Source: Candidatus Iainarchaeum sp. (GTDB lineage: Archaea > Iainarchaeota > Iainarchaeia > Iainarchaeales > JAFCCJ01). From it: a DNA stretch of 16,945 nt. The notes under the pieces are model-generated. The model was not told where the DNA came from and made no database searches. It worked only from the letters and a program-made list of their open reading frames with translations. Made by a program: the position numbers and the translations under genes. The stretch covers positions 1 to 16,945 of the forward strand of contig JBDRHK010000081.1 of assembly GCA_043816965.1 (NCBI GenBank), in the 5' to 3' direction. Numbering within the stretch: the first letter of the stretch is position 1; each line of letters begins with the position of its first letter. This document shows, one piece after another, positions 1 through 8,611 of this stretch.

Positions 1-139
1 GTTTCTCAGAAGACAAAAGACGCTTCGGCTGGAAAATCCCGCAAAGAAAAACCAACACCATCAACACGGCATGCTTCCTCACAACCATCTGGCACAACCT
101 GCTGTGGTTAGGGTAATACGCCTATTCTGTCCCACAGCC
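1..139 (+). mobile_element. Right end of an insertion sequence; candidate terminal inverted repeat TGTCCCACAGCC (128-139)
   Basis: The transposase stop is followed by a short spacer and a sequence reading GGCTGTGGGACA inward, a GGC-starting end typical of IS5-like elements. The partner IR is not in the window. Confidence 0.5.
3..116 (+). CDS. C-terminal fragment of a DDE-type IS transposase (5' part outside the window)
   Basis: Frame 3 reads FSEDKRRFGWKIPQRKTNTINTACFLTTIWHNLLWLG*. The FS.xKRRFG and HNL motifs resemble C-termini of IS4/IS5-like DDE transposases. Not in the ORF track. Confidence 0.65.
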   Translation, partial: FSEDKRRFGWKIPQRKTNTINTACFLTTIWHNLLWLG

Positions 140-185
140 GACTGGATAGTAATCTATAAATATTAGAATACTCATTATTAATGCA

Positions 186-821
186 ATGAAAATTGAAATT
201 AATTTTGATAAGAAGCCAGTGCTGTTTCTAGCGGCGTTTATTATTGGATTGGCTATTGTTGGGTTGGTGGTTGCTTATACTGACCCTTGGGGGCCTGAGC
301 TGCCCGGGAATTCTAGTGGACCTCCGGTTGTAGGGCATAGTGCAGACGAAACAAATGTTTATATTGGCGGTACGCTGAAAACATTGCAGCAGGCAATTGA
401 TGCTGGTGATTTTGGCGGCGGAACTGTAAGCGGATGGTCCTGCACTGATGAATTTACAACAATTCTTGAAATACCGGACGGTGACAGAACTCATAAGATT
501 ATCAGGTTAAAGGAGGAATGCATGAATGCAAATGGTTGCAAGATGATTTTTAGCAAAGGCGAATTAGATAGTCCCTCCCCAGAAGAGGCATTAGTTTTTG
601 AATTCCTGCAGAATTCAAACAATTTTTGGTTTACTTCTAGAACAGGAGTAGCACCAAATGAGGATGGAACAAATGGGAATGGTATTGATGAAAGAATAAT
701 GGATCAAGGTCCTGGCGGTTGCAATTTATATGACGAATATTCTGGCCAAGCCTTAGCTGCAGATGAGGTCTATATTTGGTGTAGTTCTGGCGAACCTGGC
801 TTTATTTACCTATGCAATTAA
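186..821 (+). CDS. Secreted or membrane-anchored protein; conserved N-terminal module (GHSADE...KTLQQAID) plus Cys-containing C-terminal domain
   Basis: 211-aa ORF with an N-terminal hydrophobic helix and TATA-like TATAAATA about 30 nt upstream. The first ~76 aa are paralogous to the gene at 10123. Confidence 0.8.
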   Translation: MKIEINFDKKPVLFLAAFIIGLAIVGLVVAYTDPWGPELPGNSSGPPVVGHSADETNVYIGGTLKTLQQAIDAGDFGGGTVSGWSCTDEFTTILEIPDGDRTHKIIRLKEECMNANGCKMIFSKGELDSPSPEEALVFEFLQNSNNFWFTSRTGVAPNEDGTNGNGIDERIMDQGPGGCNLYDEYSGQALAADEVYIWCSSGEPGFIYLCN

Positions 822-881
822 ATCAGAATACCCCAACAAAAACACATATTAATATCCTTGAACCTATTCTAACTGGTTTTT

Positions 882-2357
882 ATGTTAATCAGGGTCGGGC
901 TGGATGATATTAAGGTAATCCTTAGGGATACTGGTTCTCTCCTTAAATGGTCTGCGGTGATTTATTTAATTCCGCTGATTGTTTCAATCTGGTTTCGTTC
1001 CCCTGGCTTTGTTGATGAAACAATCGCATTTGTGTCTGTTTCGTTAATTTCATACCTTGTTGGTTTGGCACTTGAGAAGGCATTCAAAACAGAAGCAAAT
1101 ACAGGGCTAAAGCATGCATTTATGACCACTGCAATAATCTGGCTAGTTTTCACCGCATTTGCAGCTGTTCCTTTTGTCCTTATTCAGGAGATGAGTTTTG
1201 TTGATTCTTTCTTTGAGGCAATGAGCGCCCTAACCACAACAGGGCTTTCTATGATGGCCTCATCCATAAATTCCGCCCCGCAGAGCATTATATTCTGGCG
1301 CTCCCTGCTTTCCTGGATAGGGGGGGTTGGAATTGTCCTGCTTGCGCTTATCGGGGTGCTTTCCACATATACAAGGGCGGCCAAACTAATGACTGCTGAG
1401 GGAAGAGCTGACCAGATAAAGCCAAACCTGAAAAATTCCCTGAAACAGATTTGGGCGATTTATTTTTTGTTTACAATTATTGGCGCAGTTCTGCTTGTAA
1501 TTGTGCCCAACGGCCTTGACCCATTTACCGCGCTGAACTATTCGATGTCTGCAATCTCCACAACAGGCATGGACACTGTTCAGGGAGGGCTGCAGACACT
1601 AGTAGGATCTGGAAATCTGCTGTGGGTGGAAATAGTTTTGGTTCTGCTCATGCTTGCAGGCGCTGTTTCCTTCTCCGTGCATTACCTGTTCCTGAGGAAA
1701 AGGCAGATGGGGGCATATTTCCAGGACAGTGAATTCAGGATTTTCCTTTTGCTCGCAGTAATTTCCGCATTTTTGGTTATTCCGAAATTCGGGCTTGAAT
1801 TCCAGCAAATTGCGGATACGATTTTCCATATTGTTTCCGCATTGAGCTGCGGGGGTTTTGCTGTTGTTCCCTTCTCGGAAATAATGCAATGGGATGATTT
1901 TGTTAAACTGGTTTTGGTTGGGCTGATGTTTATCGGCGGGAGTGCGGGTTCAACTGCAGGGGGAATTAAAATCAGCAGGGCATGGATTTTTGCCAAATCG
2001 GTTTACTGGCAGATGAAGAGGAGTATTCTCCCCAAAAATTCGTTTTTCAAGAGGGAGTTTGAGGGCCATGAGGTTGATGATGTGATGATTAAAGAGATAA
2101 GCCAGTTCATAATACTTTACGGGGCATTGATTCTCATTGGTGTTTTGGTGCTTGTGTTCTATGGTTTCCCTTTGGGGTCCTCGCTTTTCGAGGTTGTTTC
2201 TGCGCAAAGCAATGTGGGGATAGGGACAGGGATTACTGGGCCTGCAATGCCTCTGGCCGCGAAAATAATGCTGATTTTGAATATGTGGATAGGGAGATTG
2301 GAGATAATTCCGATTATGGCTGCTGTTGGCTTTATGCTTTCCCTGGGAAAGAGATAA
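882..2357 (+). CDS. trkH: Trk potassium uptake membrane protein TrkH
   Basis: Four pore-loop motifs (SALTTTG, SAISTTG, SALSCGG, SAQSNVG), plus FIGGSAGSTAGGIK and MWIGRLEI; adjacent to trkA. Confidence 0.96.
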   Translation: MLIRVGLDDIKVILRDTGSLLKWSAVIYLIPLIVSIWFRSPGFVDETIAFVSVSLISYLVGLALEKAFKTEANTGLKHAFMTTAIIWLVFTAFAAVPFVLIQEMSFVDSFFEAMSALTTTGLSMMASSINSAPQSIIFWRSLLSWIGGVGIVLLALIGVLSTYTRAAKLMTAEGRADQIKPNLKNSLKQIWAIYFLFTIIGAVLLVIVPNGLDPFTALNYSMSAISTTGMDTVQGGLQTLVGSGNLLWVEIVLVLLMLAGAVSFSVHYLFLRKRQMGAYFQDSEFRIFLLLAVISAFLVIPKFGLEFQQIADTIFHIVSALSCGGFAVVPFSEIMQWDDFVKLVLVGLMFIGGSAGSTAGGIKISRAWIFAKSVYWQMKRSILPKNSFFKREFEGHEVDDVMIKEISQFIILYGALILIGVLVLVFYGFPLGSSLFEVVSAQSNVGIGTGITGPAMPLAAKIMLILNMWIGRLEIIPIMAAVGFMLSLGKR

Positions 2358-2405
2358 TTTCGGTTTAAAAACCTTTAGACTGTAAATGGAATTAGTGATG
2401 AACTG

Positions 2406-3059
2406 ATGTATTTCATAATTGTTGGTGGAGGGGATTTGGGCTATTATCTTGCCCAGCTGCTTTTGGAAGAGGAGCACGATGTTGTGGTTATTGATAAGAG
2501 CAAGGAAAGGTGCGAAAAGATAAGCACCGAACTGGATTTGGTTGCCACTATGGGTGACGGGACAGAGCAACAGGTACTGGAAAACGCCAATGTCAAGGAA
2601 TCTGATGCATTAATTGCATTGACAGGCCAGGATGAAACCAATATGGTTATTTCCCTGCTTGCGAAGGATTTGGGCGCAACCAGTGTTGCTGCAAGAATCT
2701 CGAAAGTGCAGTATGATGAAAAGGTGCTGAAGAAGTTGGGGATTGATATTGTCATACATCCCGAAGCTGCTGCCGCAGGCTATATTGCTGAACTTATAAC
2801 AAAACCCGAGGTTCTGGACCTTGCATTCATTTCCCGCGGGCAGGCGGAGATAATGGAAATTGAGGTGCAGAAAGGGAGCATGATTGCCGGGAAAAAGGTT
2901 AAGGAAATTGAGCATCCTTCCGGCTCGGCAATAATCGCATTATATGACAAGGACACGCTTGAAATTCCTGATCCTGAATCAAAAATAAATGTAGGGGATA
3001 AGGTGCTGATTCTCGCAAAAACAGAAATCGCGGAAAAGGTCAGGGAAATGTTCAGTTAA
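2406..3059 (+). CDS. trkA: Trk potassium uptake regulatory protein TrkA (RCK_N + RCK_C)
   Basis: IIVGGGDLG Rossmann motif, GDGT, LTGQDETN, and C-terminal GDKVLI; follows trkH. Confidence 0.95.
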   Translation: MYFIIVGGGDLGYYLAQLLLEEEHDVVVIDKSKERCEKISTELDLVATMGDGTEQQVLENANVKESDALIALTGQDETNMVISLLAKDLGATSVAARISKVQYDEKVLKKLGIDIVIHPEAAAAGYIAELITKPEVLDLAFISRGQAEIMEIEVQKGSMIAGKKVKEIEHPSGSAIIALYDKDTLEIPDPESKINVGDKVLILAKTEIAEKVREMFS

Positions 3060-3169
3060 GATTCCTATTTCTCTTTTCCAAATCCGAGCATCTCAAGAAT
3101 TGATTTGTGAAATGGTTTCTTGGGTCCTCTTAAAGGCTCGTGATAGTTTTTGGTCTTATCGGCATAAAA

Positions 3170-3325
3170 TCACCATTCCGGCTTTATTTTCCCGTGCTTT
3201 TCAACAATCAATTTTTTCAAATCCTCCAGTTTCGGGAGGGTGGTTTTCAGCACGCTTTTGTGCCTGTGCGCGGTTATTGAAACTTCCTCTTTCGAGATGG
3301 TTTTTTCGTTTTCGAGTTGTTTCAT
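3170..3325 (-). CDS. Small hypothetical protein (51 aa, MKQLENEK...KIKPEW)
   Basis: Hand-translated; its ATG overlaps the TAA of the upstream small ORF (TAATG). Confidence 0.4.
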   Translation of the reverse strand: MKQLENEKTISKEEVSITAHRHKSVLKTTLPKLEDLKKLIVEKHGKIKPEW

Positions 3326-3453
3326 TAAATTCCCCTAGTCCTCATTGCAAATCCAATACCGCGTCTTTTTTTAGTCCTTGCCCCGTCATCAGAAGGGTTT
3401 AGCGTGCTAATAGCTGATTTCTTAGTCCGTCTTGCCCCTGGTCGTTTCGCCAT
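3325..3453 (-). CDS. Small basic hypothetical protein (42 aa, MAKRPGARRTKK...RTRGI)
   Basis: Hand-translated; GGTGA RBS shortly before the ATG and an AT-rich promoter-like stretch upstream. Confidence 0.45.
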   Translation of the reverse strand: MAKRPGARRTKKSAISTLNPSDDGARTKKRRGIGFAMRTRGI

Positions 3454-3567
3454 AAATTATCACCAAAATAATTAGGTTGCCAATTGTATTTAATTGTTGC
3501 GTAAGGGGGCATTTGGGCTATCCGAAAGATATTTAAACCCTGAAAGGCAGAATATATATTGGTTTAA

Positions 3568-3627
3568 ATGAAAAGTGAGTGTCTTCATATGTGCGGTGGA
3601 TGCGACGGATGCGGCCCGCCTTACTAA
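3568..3627 (+). CDS. Candidate Cys-rich micropeptide MKSECLHMCGGCDGCGPPY (alternative start 3589: MCGGCDGCGPPY)
   Basis: Hand-translated GC-rich island in an AT-rich spacer; CxxCxxC motif; TATA-like TTTAAA at 3532-3537. Confidence 0.45.
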   Translation: MKSECLHMCGGCDGCGPPY

Positions 3628-3691
3628 TTTTCCTAGAGATACTTACAGTAATGAATTAAATGATTTGCAGAACCTAATTAATCCTGTTAAT

Positions 3692-3764
3692 GGCGGCGAT
3701 AGTGTAGTGGTTAGCATACAAGCCTGTGGAGCTTGTGGCCCGGGTTCGAATCCCGGTCGCGGCC
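3692..3764 (+). tRNA. tRNA-His(GTG) with encoded G-1
   Basis: Anticodon arm CAAGC-CT-GTG-GA-GCTTG, T arm CCGGG-TTCGAAT-CCCGG, acceptor GCGGCGA/TCGCGGC with one G:G mismatch, G-1 at 3692 and C73 at 3764. Confidence 0.95.
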
Positions 3765-3784
3765 CCTATGCAATGGTGATTTGA

Positions 3785-5029
3785 ATGGCTTTTCAGAATG
3801 TTCGCGGGATGAGGGATTTTCTCCCGGAAAGGATGAGGAAAAAGCAGTTTATTGAGGACACCTGCAGGGAAGTATTTGAGTTGTATGGCTTTTCCCCTAT
3901 CCAGACACCTGCTGTTGAGGAATTTAACCTTCTTTCGGCAAAAGGATCTGGCGGGGAGGCAATTAAGGACGAAATTTACTACTTCAAGGATAAAAGTGAC
4001 AGGGAACTAGGCCTTAGGTTTGATTTGACAGTCCCTACTGCAAGGGTTGTTGCCACAAACCAGAATATTGCAAGGCCATTTAAGCGCTACCAGATTGCGG
4101 AAGTTTGGAGATATGACAGGCCGCAGGCTTCCAGGTATAGGGAGTTTACCCAGGCCGATGTCGATATCTTTGGTTCAGGGTCAATGCTCGAGGAGTTTGA
4201 AATTATTGCACTTACGATTGAGGTGTTTAAGAGATTGGGTGCTGACTTCTACATAAAAATTAATAATAAGAAACTGCTTGAGGAGATTGCGGGAAAGTGC
4301 GGAGTGGCAAAAGGGAAGATTGTTGAGTGTTTAAGGTGCCTGGACAAGCTGGATAAAATTGGTGTTAAGGGGGTTAAGGAAGAGCTTAAGGGGAAAGGTA
4401 TTGATTCAGGAATCCTCGATGTCATTCAGAAGAATGATTTGAAAGAGGCGGAGAAATTGGTTGGCAAAGTTTCTGAGGGTTTAAGTGAGTTGAATGAGGT
4501 TTTGGATTTTTTGGAAAATGCCGGTTTGGGCAGGTATGTAAAGGTGGATTTATGCCTTGCGCGCGGTTTGGAGTACTACACTGGAACTGTTTTCGAGGTT
4601 ATTGCCGGGGGAAAATGGAGCTGTGGCGGCGGTGGACGCTATGATAAACTTGTTGAAATGTATGGAGGGAAGCCAAGCCCTGCAATGGGAATTTCATATG
4701 GGATTGACAGATTGCTGGATGTTCTGGAAGATAAGATTGTTCCTGTTGCCTCACCGAAAATTTTTGTTGTTCCTGTGGGGAAGGAGAGTATAGGGAAGAG
4801 TTTAGAGCTGGTGCAGAAAATCAGGGGCGAGGGAGTAAGCGCTTCAATGGATTTAATGGGGAGAGGCATTAGCAAGAACCTGGATTATGCAAACAGGCAG
4901 GGGATTCCTTTTGTCATTGTCCTTGGGGAAAAGGAATTTGACGAGGGGAAATTCAAATTGAAAGATATGGAAAGCGGGAAGGAAACTGAAATTAAGTTTG
5001 ATGAATTGGGTAAGTTGAAATCGATATAG
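3785..5029 (+). CDS. hisS: Histidyl-tRNA synthetase
   Basis: RGMRDF, LRFDLTVP, motif 2 WRYDRPQASRYREFTQAD, RGLEYYTG, GGGRYD and a C-terminal anticodon-binding domain; GGTGA RBS. Confidence 0.97.
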   Translation: MAFQNVRGMRDFLPERMRKKQFIEDTCREVFELYGFSPIQTPAVEEFNLLSAKGSGGEAIKDEIYYFKDKSDRELGLRFDLTVPTARVVATNQNIARPFKRYQIAEVWRYDRPQASRYREFTQADVDIFGSGSMLEEFEIIALTIEVFKRLGADFYIKINNKKLLEEIAGKCGVAKGKIVECLRCLDKLDKIGVKGVKEELKGKGIDSGILDVIQKNDLKEAEKLVGKVSEGLSELNEVLDFLENAGLGRYVKVDLCLARGLEYYTGTVFEVIAGGKWSCGGGGRYDKLVEMYGGKPSPAMGISYGIDRLLDVLEDKIVPVASPKIFVVPVGKESIGKSLELVQKIRGEGVSASMDLMGRGISKNLDYANRQGIPFVIVLGEKEFDEGKFKLKDMESGKETEIKFDELGKLKSI

Positions 5030-5074
5030 ATTGGATAAGGGCGATTTAAATTCCTTACTTTGTTCTTTATTACT

Positions 5075-6508
5075 ATGAACAAGGGCAGTAAGCTTTACTT
5101 GCTTATTTTTTCGATTATACTGTTTTTGTCATTTGTGGCCAGGATTTATCCTTTGCAGGAAGTTCATTGGTGGGATGAGACTGTTTATTTGCAGCATGCC
5201 GAAATAATTACTGGCTTAAGGACAAATAATTTTGATGAATTTAATCTAAGGCCACCTCTGCTCCCGGTCCTATTTGGGCTGGGATTTCTGGTTTGGCACC
5301 ATCCGTTTATGGCAAGTTTTATTGTTGCTGCTCTCGGAATTTTGGGAGTATTCTACATCTATCTGCTGGGAAAGAAATTATATGGTGAGAAATTAGGGTT
5401 AATTGCTGCCCTGTTTTTAGGCCTGGCGCCATTCATCGCCCGGAATTCCAGGACACTAATGACTGATGTTCCATCACTAGCCTTGTTGACAATGGCAATT
5501 TATTATTTTTTCAGTTATTCTGAAAAAAATAAAAATCCAATCGGGTTGCTTTCCGGCGCATTATTTGGTCTGGCAATTCTTATGAGATTTTCAACTTTGC
5601 CGTTGTTGGTTCTCTTATTCTTAATTTACTGGATTTCTAAAAAGAAAAACCTGTTTTCATTCAAGGAATCTAATTTCATAATAACCAATTGGAAATCACT
5701 TTTTATTGGATTTATCGCTGTTTTGCTCCCGTATTTTATTTGGTCGCAAATTAGTTTTGGTTTTTTCCTCACTCCAATTCTTGCTGCATTTTCCGCCATA
5801 TCTGACATTAATGAGCCTCTATTTTTCTACATTTCCGGCCTTCCGACAGCATACCCTTTAGTGTTGTTAATCGGCCTATTGGCAGCCCTATTTTTCCTGT
5901 TTTTCCAGTACCGCAAATCAGAAATAAGATGGGTTAGTTTTTCCCTGCTTTCGTGGGTATTTCTGGCCCTGCTTTTTATGTCATTATCCCTGCACAAAGA
6001 AATCCGTTACCTTATTTCAATGACAAGCATACCAGTAATCCTGCTTTCGAGTTATGGGTTTGTGCTAACATACAACGCCGTGAGAAATAAAAATCTCCTG
6101 CTAAAGCTCTCTCTTGGTTTGGTTTTTTTCCTTTTGTTATTTTTCTCTTTCGCGGATTCCTTTTCCACTCTTAACGAACCGTTTGTCAATCCAGAAATAA
6201 CCACTGAGGAGTTCAAAGTTTCCCAATTCATTAAAGAATTGGATTTGCCGACAGATACAGTAATTTACGCAAACCATAATTGGCCGGTTTTTGCATACTA
6301 TGCCGGTTATAGTACAGTAAGACTGGAACCGGCCAACGAGGATTTTTACAACAAATTTCCTGCAAACATGGGAAAATCCGGGATACTTATTGTTTACAGG
6401 GGTTTTTTGAATCCCGCTATTGATTGGCTCGATACAAGGCAGGAGTTTAATAAGATTAGAGAATTTGATAACGTGGTTATTTACCGATACATGATAAAAC
6501 AGGGTTAG
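5075..6508 (+). CDS. GT-C fold membrane glycosyltransferase (PMT/ArnT-like, GT39/GT83 type)
   Basis: WWDE..Y after TM1, RPPL, MTD, KEIRY motifs, many TM helices and a soluble C-terminal domain. ATG 5075 is preferred over TTG 5060. Confidence 0.85.
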   Translation: MNKGSKLYLLIFSIILFLSFVARIYPLQEVHWWDETVYLQHAEIITGLRTNNFDEFNLRPPLLPVLFGLGFLVWHHPFMASFIVAALGILGVFYIYLLGKKLYGEKLGLIAALFLGLAPFIARNSRTLMTDVPSLALLTMAIYYFFSYSEKNKNPIGLLSGALFGLAILMRFSTLPLLVLLFLIYWISKKKNLFSFKESNFIITNWKSLFIGFIAVLLPYFIWSQISFGFFLTPILAAFSAISDINEPLFFYISGLPTAYPLVLLIGLLAALFFLFFQYRKSEIRWVSFSLLSWVFLALLFMSLSLHKEIRYLISMTSIPVILLSSYGFVLTYNAVRNKNLLLKLSLGLVFFLLLFFSFADSFSTLNEPFVNPEITTEEFKVSQFIKELDLPTDTVIYANHNWPVFAYYAGYSTVRLEPANEDFYNKFPANMGKSGILIVYRGFLNPAIDWLDTRQEFNKIREFDNVVIYRYMIKQG

Positions 6509-7143
6509 ATGACACAGCCAATTTCATCCTCTATTTCTTCCTCGGTTGAGAAGCCCCTTGTTTTCCCATTAACGACAATTGAGGGGATGCTTGTTACCTT
6601 ATGTTTATCCATCATCAAATCGATTAAATCAATTTCCAAATCACCGGGAAAGGCGAAAATTCTGGTATTTGGACACTTATCCCTCACTTTATCAAGAATT
6701 GTTCCCTGAAGAAGGCATTGGTTGCACAATACCTGGTCCTTATAGAAGAAAAGTATTGCATTAATCTTCTTTTCCTTGCATTGCTTTTCAAAATCCTGCA
6801 TGTAAAGATATAATTCAAGGTTTGCATAGAAATATTTCCTTTTCAGGAGGTCGTAAGAGGTGAGAAAGCTTGCCTTCTCCCCTGCTTCAAGTTCTTTAAC
6901 CAAATTATAGGCTTTTGCGGCCTGGCTCTCAATCCGCATCTCAAGCAAATCGCAGTAATTGCCCTCATCGCCCTCGACTTGGTTGTAGAGGAGGAAAAGC
7001 CTTGTTGAATCCATATCCAGGATTATTTCATCAACCTTATCGTCCAGGGAATTGAGCCTCATATTATCCAACTGCATTATGAGAAAGATTCCAAGGATTA
7101 CTATAAACAGGGTCAGAATAAGGGCCTTGATGTATTTGCTCAT
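6505..7143 (-). CDS. Membrane-anchored protein with C-terminal thioredoxin-like domain
   Basis: N-terminal TM helix, LFFY...CNQC motif and a cis-Pro-like IPSIVVNG; ATG at 7143 overlaps the GT2 stop (TAATG). Confidence 0.75.
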   Translation of the reverse strand: MSKYIKALILTLFIVILGIFLIMQLDNMRLNSLDDKVDEIILDMDSTRLFLLYNQVEGDEGNYCDLLEMRIESQAAKAYNLVKELEAGEKASFLTSYDLLKRKYFYANLELYLYMQDFEKQCKEKKINAILFFYKDQVLCNQCLLQGTILDKVRDKCPNTRIFAFPGDLEIDLIDLMMDKHKVTSIPSIVVNGKTRGFSTEEEIEDEIGCVI

Positions 7144-8429
7144 TACCAAGTGTACTCACTTTTGTTAACTTCTTTAAGAAAACTTAGGAAATAAATTCCT
7201 GCAACAAAGAGGCTATAAATGGTGATGAAAATCAGTGTATAGAAAATCTTTGGGATGGTTAGCTTTTCCTTAATGAAGAAATGGGAAATAATAATTGTAA
7301 AGAGGAAAAGCCCTGTCGTCAGGAGCTGGAAAAGCAATGCTGAGTTTGTTACCATTGTTAACTGGATTAAATTCCAAACATTGGTGTCATATGTCTGCCA
7401 CACTATTAAGTAATTTATGTAATTGATTACTGACTCCAGATTGACCAAAATCAGGGAAAGGATAAGAATCATTGCAATCCCTTCCACAATAAGTGAGAAT
7501 GGGAGGCAGAACATTCCAAATTGGCCGTGGCTGGGATTGAAAATCATGTCCCTGTATTTGAAGCTGTTTACGAACTTTCCCCTGTACCACCTTGTCCTCT
7601 GCCTTATTAACTGGCCTAATGTTTCAGGAACCTCTGTGGGAATTGTGGCCTCAGGGCAGTTCTTAATCCTGTAGCCATGGTTCTGAAGCCTAAATGCAAT
7701 TTCCATATCCTCTGTCAGGTTGGTTTCATCATAGCCTCCCAAATCAATCAGCAATTTTCTCCTGTAAATGCTCATAGGGCCGGGAGTAACAAAAACCCCG
7801 TTGAGATAAGATAGGACCTTTTGAAGCAATCCAAATGCGACCGTATATTCAATGGCCTGTATGTTCTGCAGGATGTTTTTGGGGTTATGCACTTTTATAA
7901 AGCCTGTGACAGCCCCTGTCTTCTCATCGGCGAACATCGCAACCATCTTTTCCAGAACATCCTTTTCGGGGAATGTATCTGCATCAATGCAAGCGACCAA
8001 TTCCCCCTTAACCATCCTGATTCCTTCATTTAGTGCCCTTGCCTTGCCCTCGTTCTTTTTCTTTGCAAGGACTTTTATTCCCTTAATGCCTTTCAGGATT
8101 TTCTGCGAGCCATCCGTACTTCCATCATCAACAACCAAAATTTCAAATGGTTTTGGGTAATGCATTGCCTTAACTGCCTTAATGCAGCCCAAAAGGGTGG
8201 TGGAGGAATTGTAGTTGGGAATTACGATGGATATTGAGGGGTAATTTAAATTCACTTTTTCCTTTTTTTGCCTCATCTCAAGGAAGGTGATAAGGTAAAC
8301 GCTAATCACAAAAATCAGCACAATATTGAGCAAAACCAGGAATAGGTTAATGGTCAGCAGCTGGCTGATTAAGTAAAGGCCGATGAATACCGAAACCATC
8401 AGCAAAGGGACCCTGTAGGTTATTTCCAT
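7143..8429 (-). CDS. Processive GT2 glycosyltransferase (cellulose synthase/IcaA-like)
   Basis: VVDDGSTD, GKARALN, DAD, TED and QRTRW (QxxRW) motifs with flanking TM helices. Confidence 0.92.
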   Translation of the reverse strand: MEITYRVPLLMVSVFIGLYLISQLLTINLFLVLLNIVLIFVISVYLITFLEMRQKKEKVNLNYPSISIVIPNYNSSTTLLGCIKAVKAMHYPKPFEILVVDDGSTDGSQKILKGIKGIKVLAKKKNEGKARALNEGIRMVKGELVACIDADTFPEKDVLEKMVAMFADEKTGAVTGFIKVHNPKNILQNIQAIEYTVAFGLLQKVLSYLNGVFVTPGPMSIYRRKLLIDLGGYDETNLTEDMEIAFRLQNHGYRIKNCPEATIPTEVPETLGQLIRQRTRWYRGKFVNSFKYRDMIFNPSHGQFGMFCLPFSLIVEGIAMILILSLILVNLESVINYINYLIVWQTYDTNVWNLIQLTMVTNSALLFQLLTTGLFLFTIIISHFFIKEKLTIPKIFYTLIFITIYSLFVAGIYFLSFLKEVNKSEYTW

Positions 8430-8466
8430 TTAATAATTAGCCCTTTAATATCTTATTAATGCTTTC

Positions 8467-8486
8467 CATTTGCAGAACTGCAAATG
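8467..8486. promoter_or_regulatory. Perfect 9-bp inverted repeat between divergent promoters (candidate operator)
   Basis: CATTTGCAG-AA-CTGCAAATG lies between TATA-like boxes for GT2 (-) and tRNA-Thr (+). Confidence 0.35.
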
Positions 8487-8537
8487 CCTTATAAAACTAA
8501 CTTAGGAATCATTTAATTGGCATAAGGTCGGATTTTG

Positions 8538-8611
8538 GCCCTGGTAGCAAAGCGGCCTACTGCACCACATTGGTAATGTGGAGATCGTGAGTTCAAATCT
8601 CACCCAGGGCT
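8538..8611 (+). tRNA. tRNA-Thr(GGT)
   Basis: Acceptor GCCCTGG/CCAGGGC, U73, anticodon arm CCACA-TT-GGT-AA-TGTGG, T arm GTGAG-TTCAAAT-CTCAC. Confidence 0.96.

Noticed and set aside
1950..2570. Long antisense ORF and other short ORFs nested in trkH, trkA, hisS, the glycosyltransferases, SLT and integrase
   Set aside because: They overlap well-supported genes and show no recognisable motifs.
3100..3402. 100-aa plus-strand ORF
   Set aside because: TTG start, Phe/Ser-rich composition typical of an antisense shadow; the minus strand has the RBS and more plausible ORFs.
3575..3784. 69-aa ORF in the track
   Set aside because: It runs through tRNA-His, and its C-terminus is just translated tRNA sequence.
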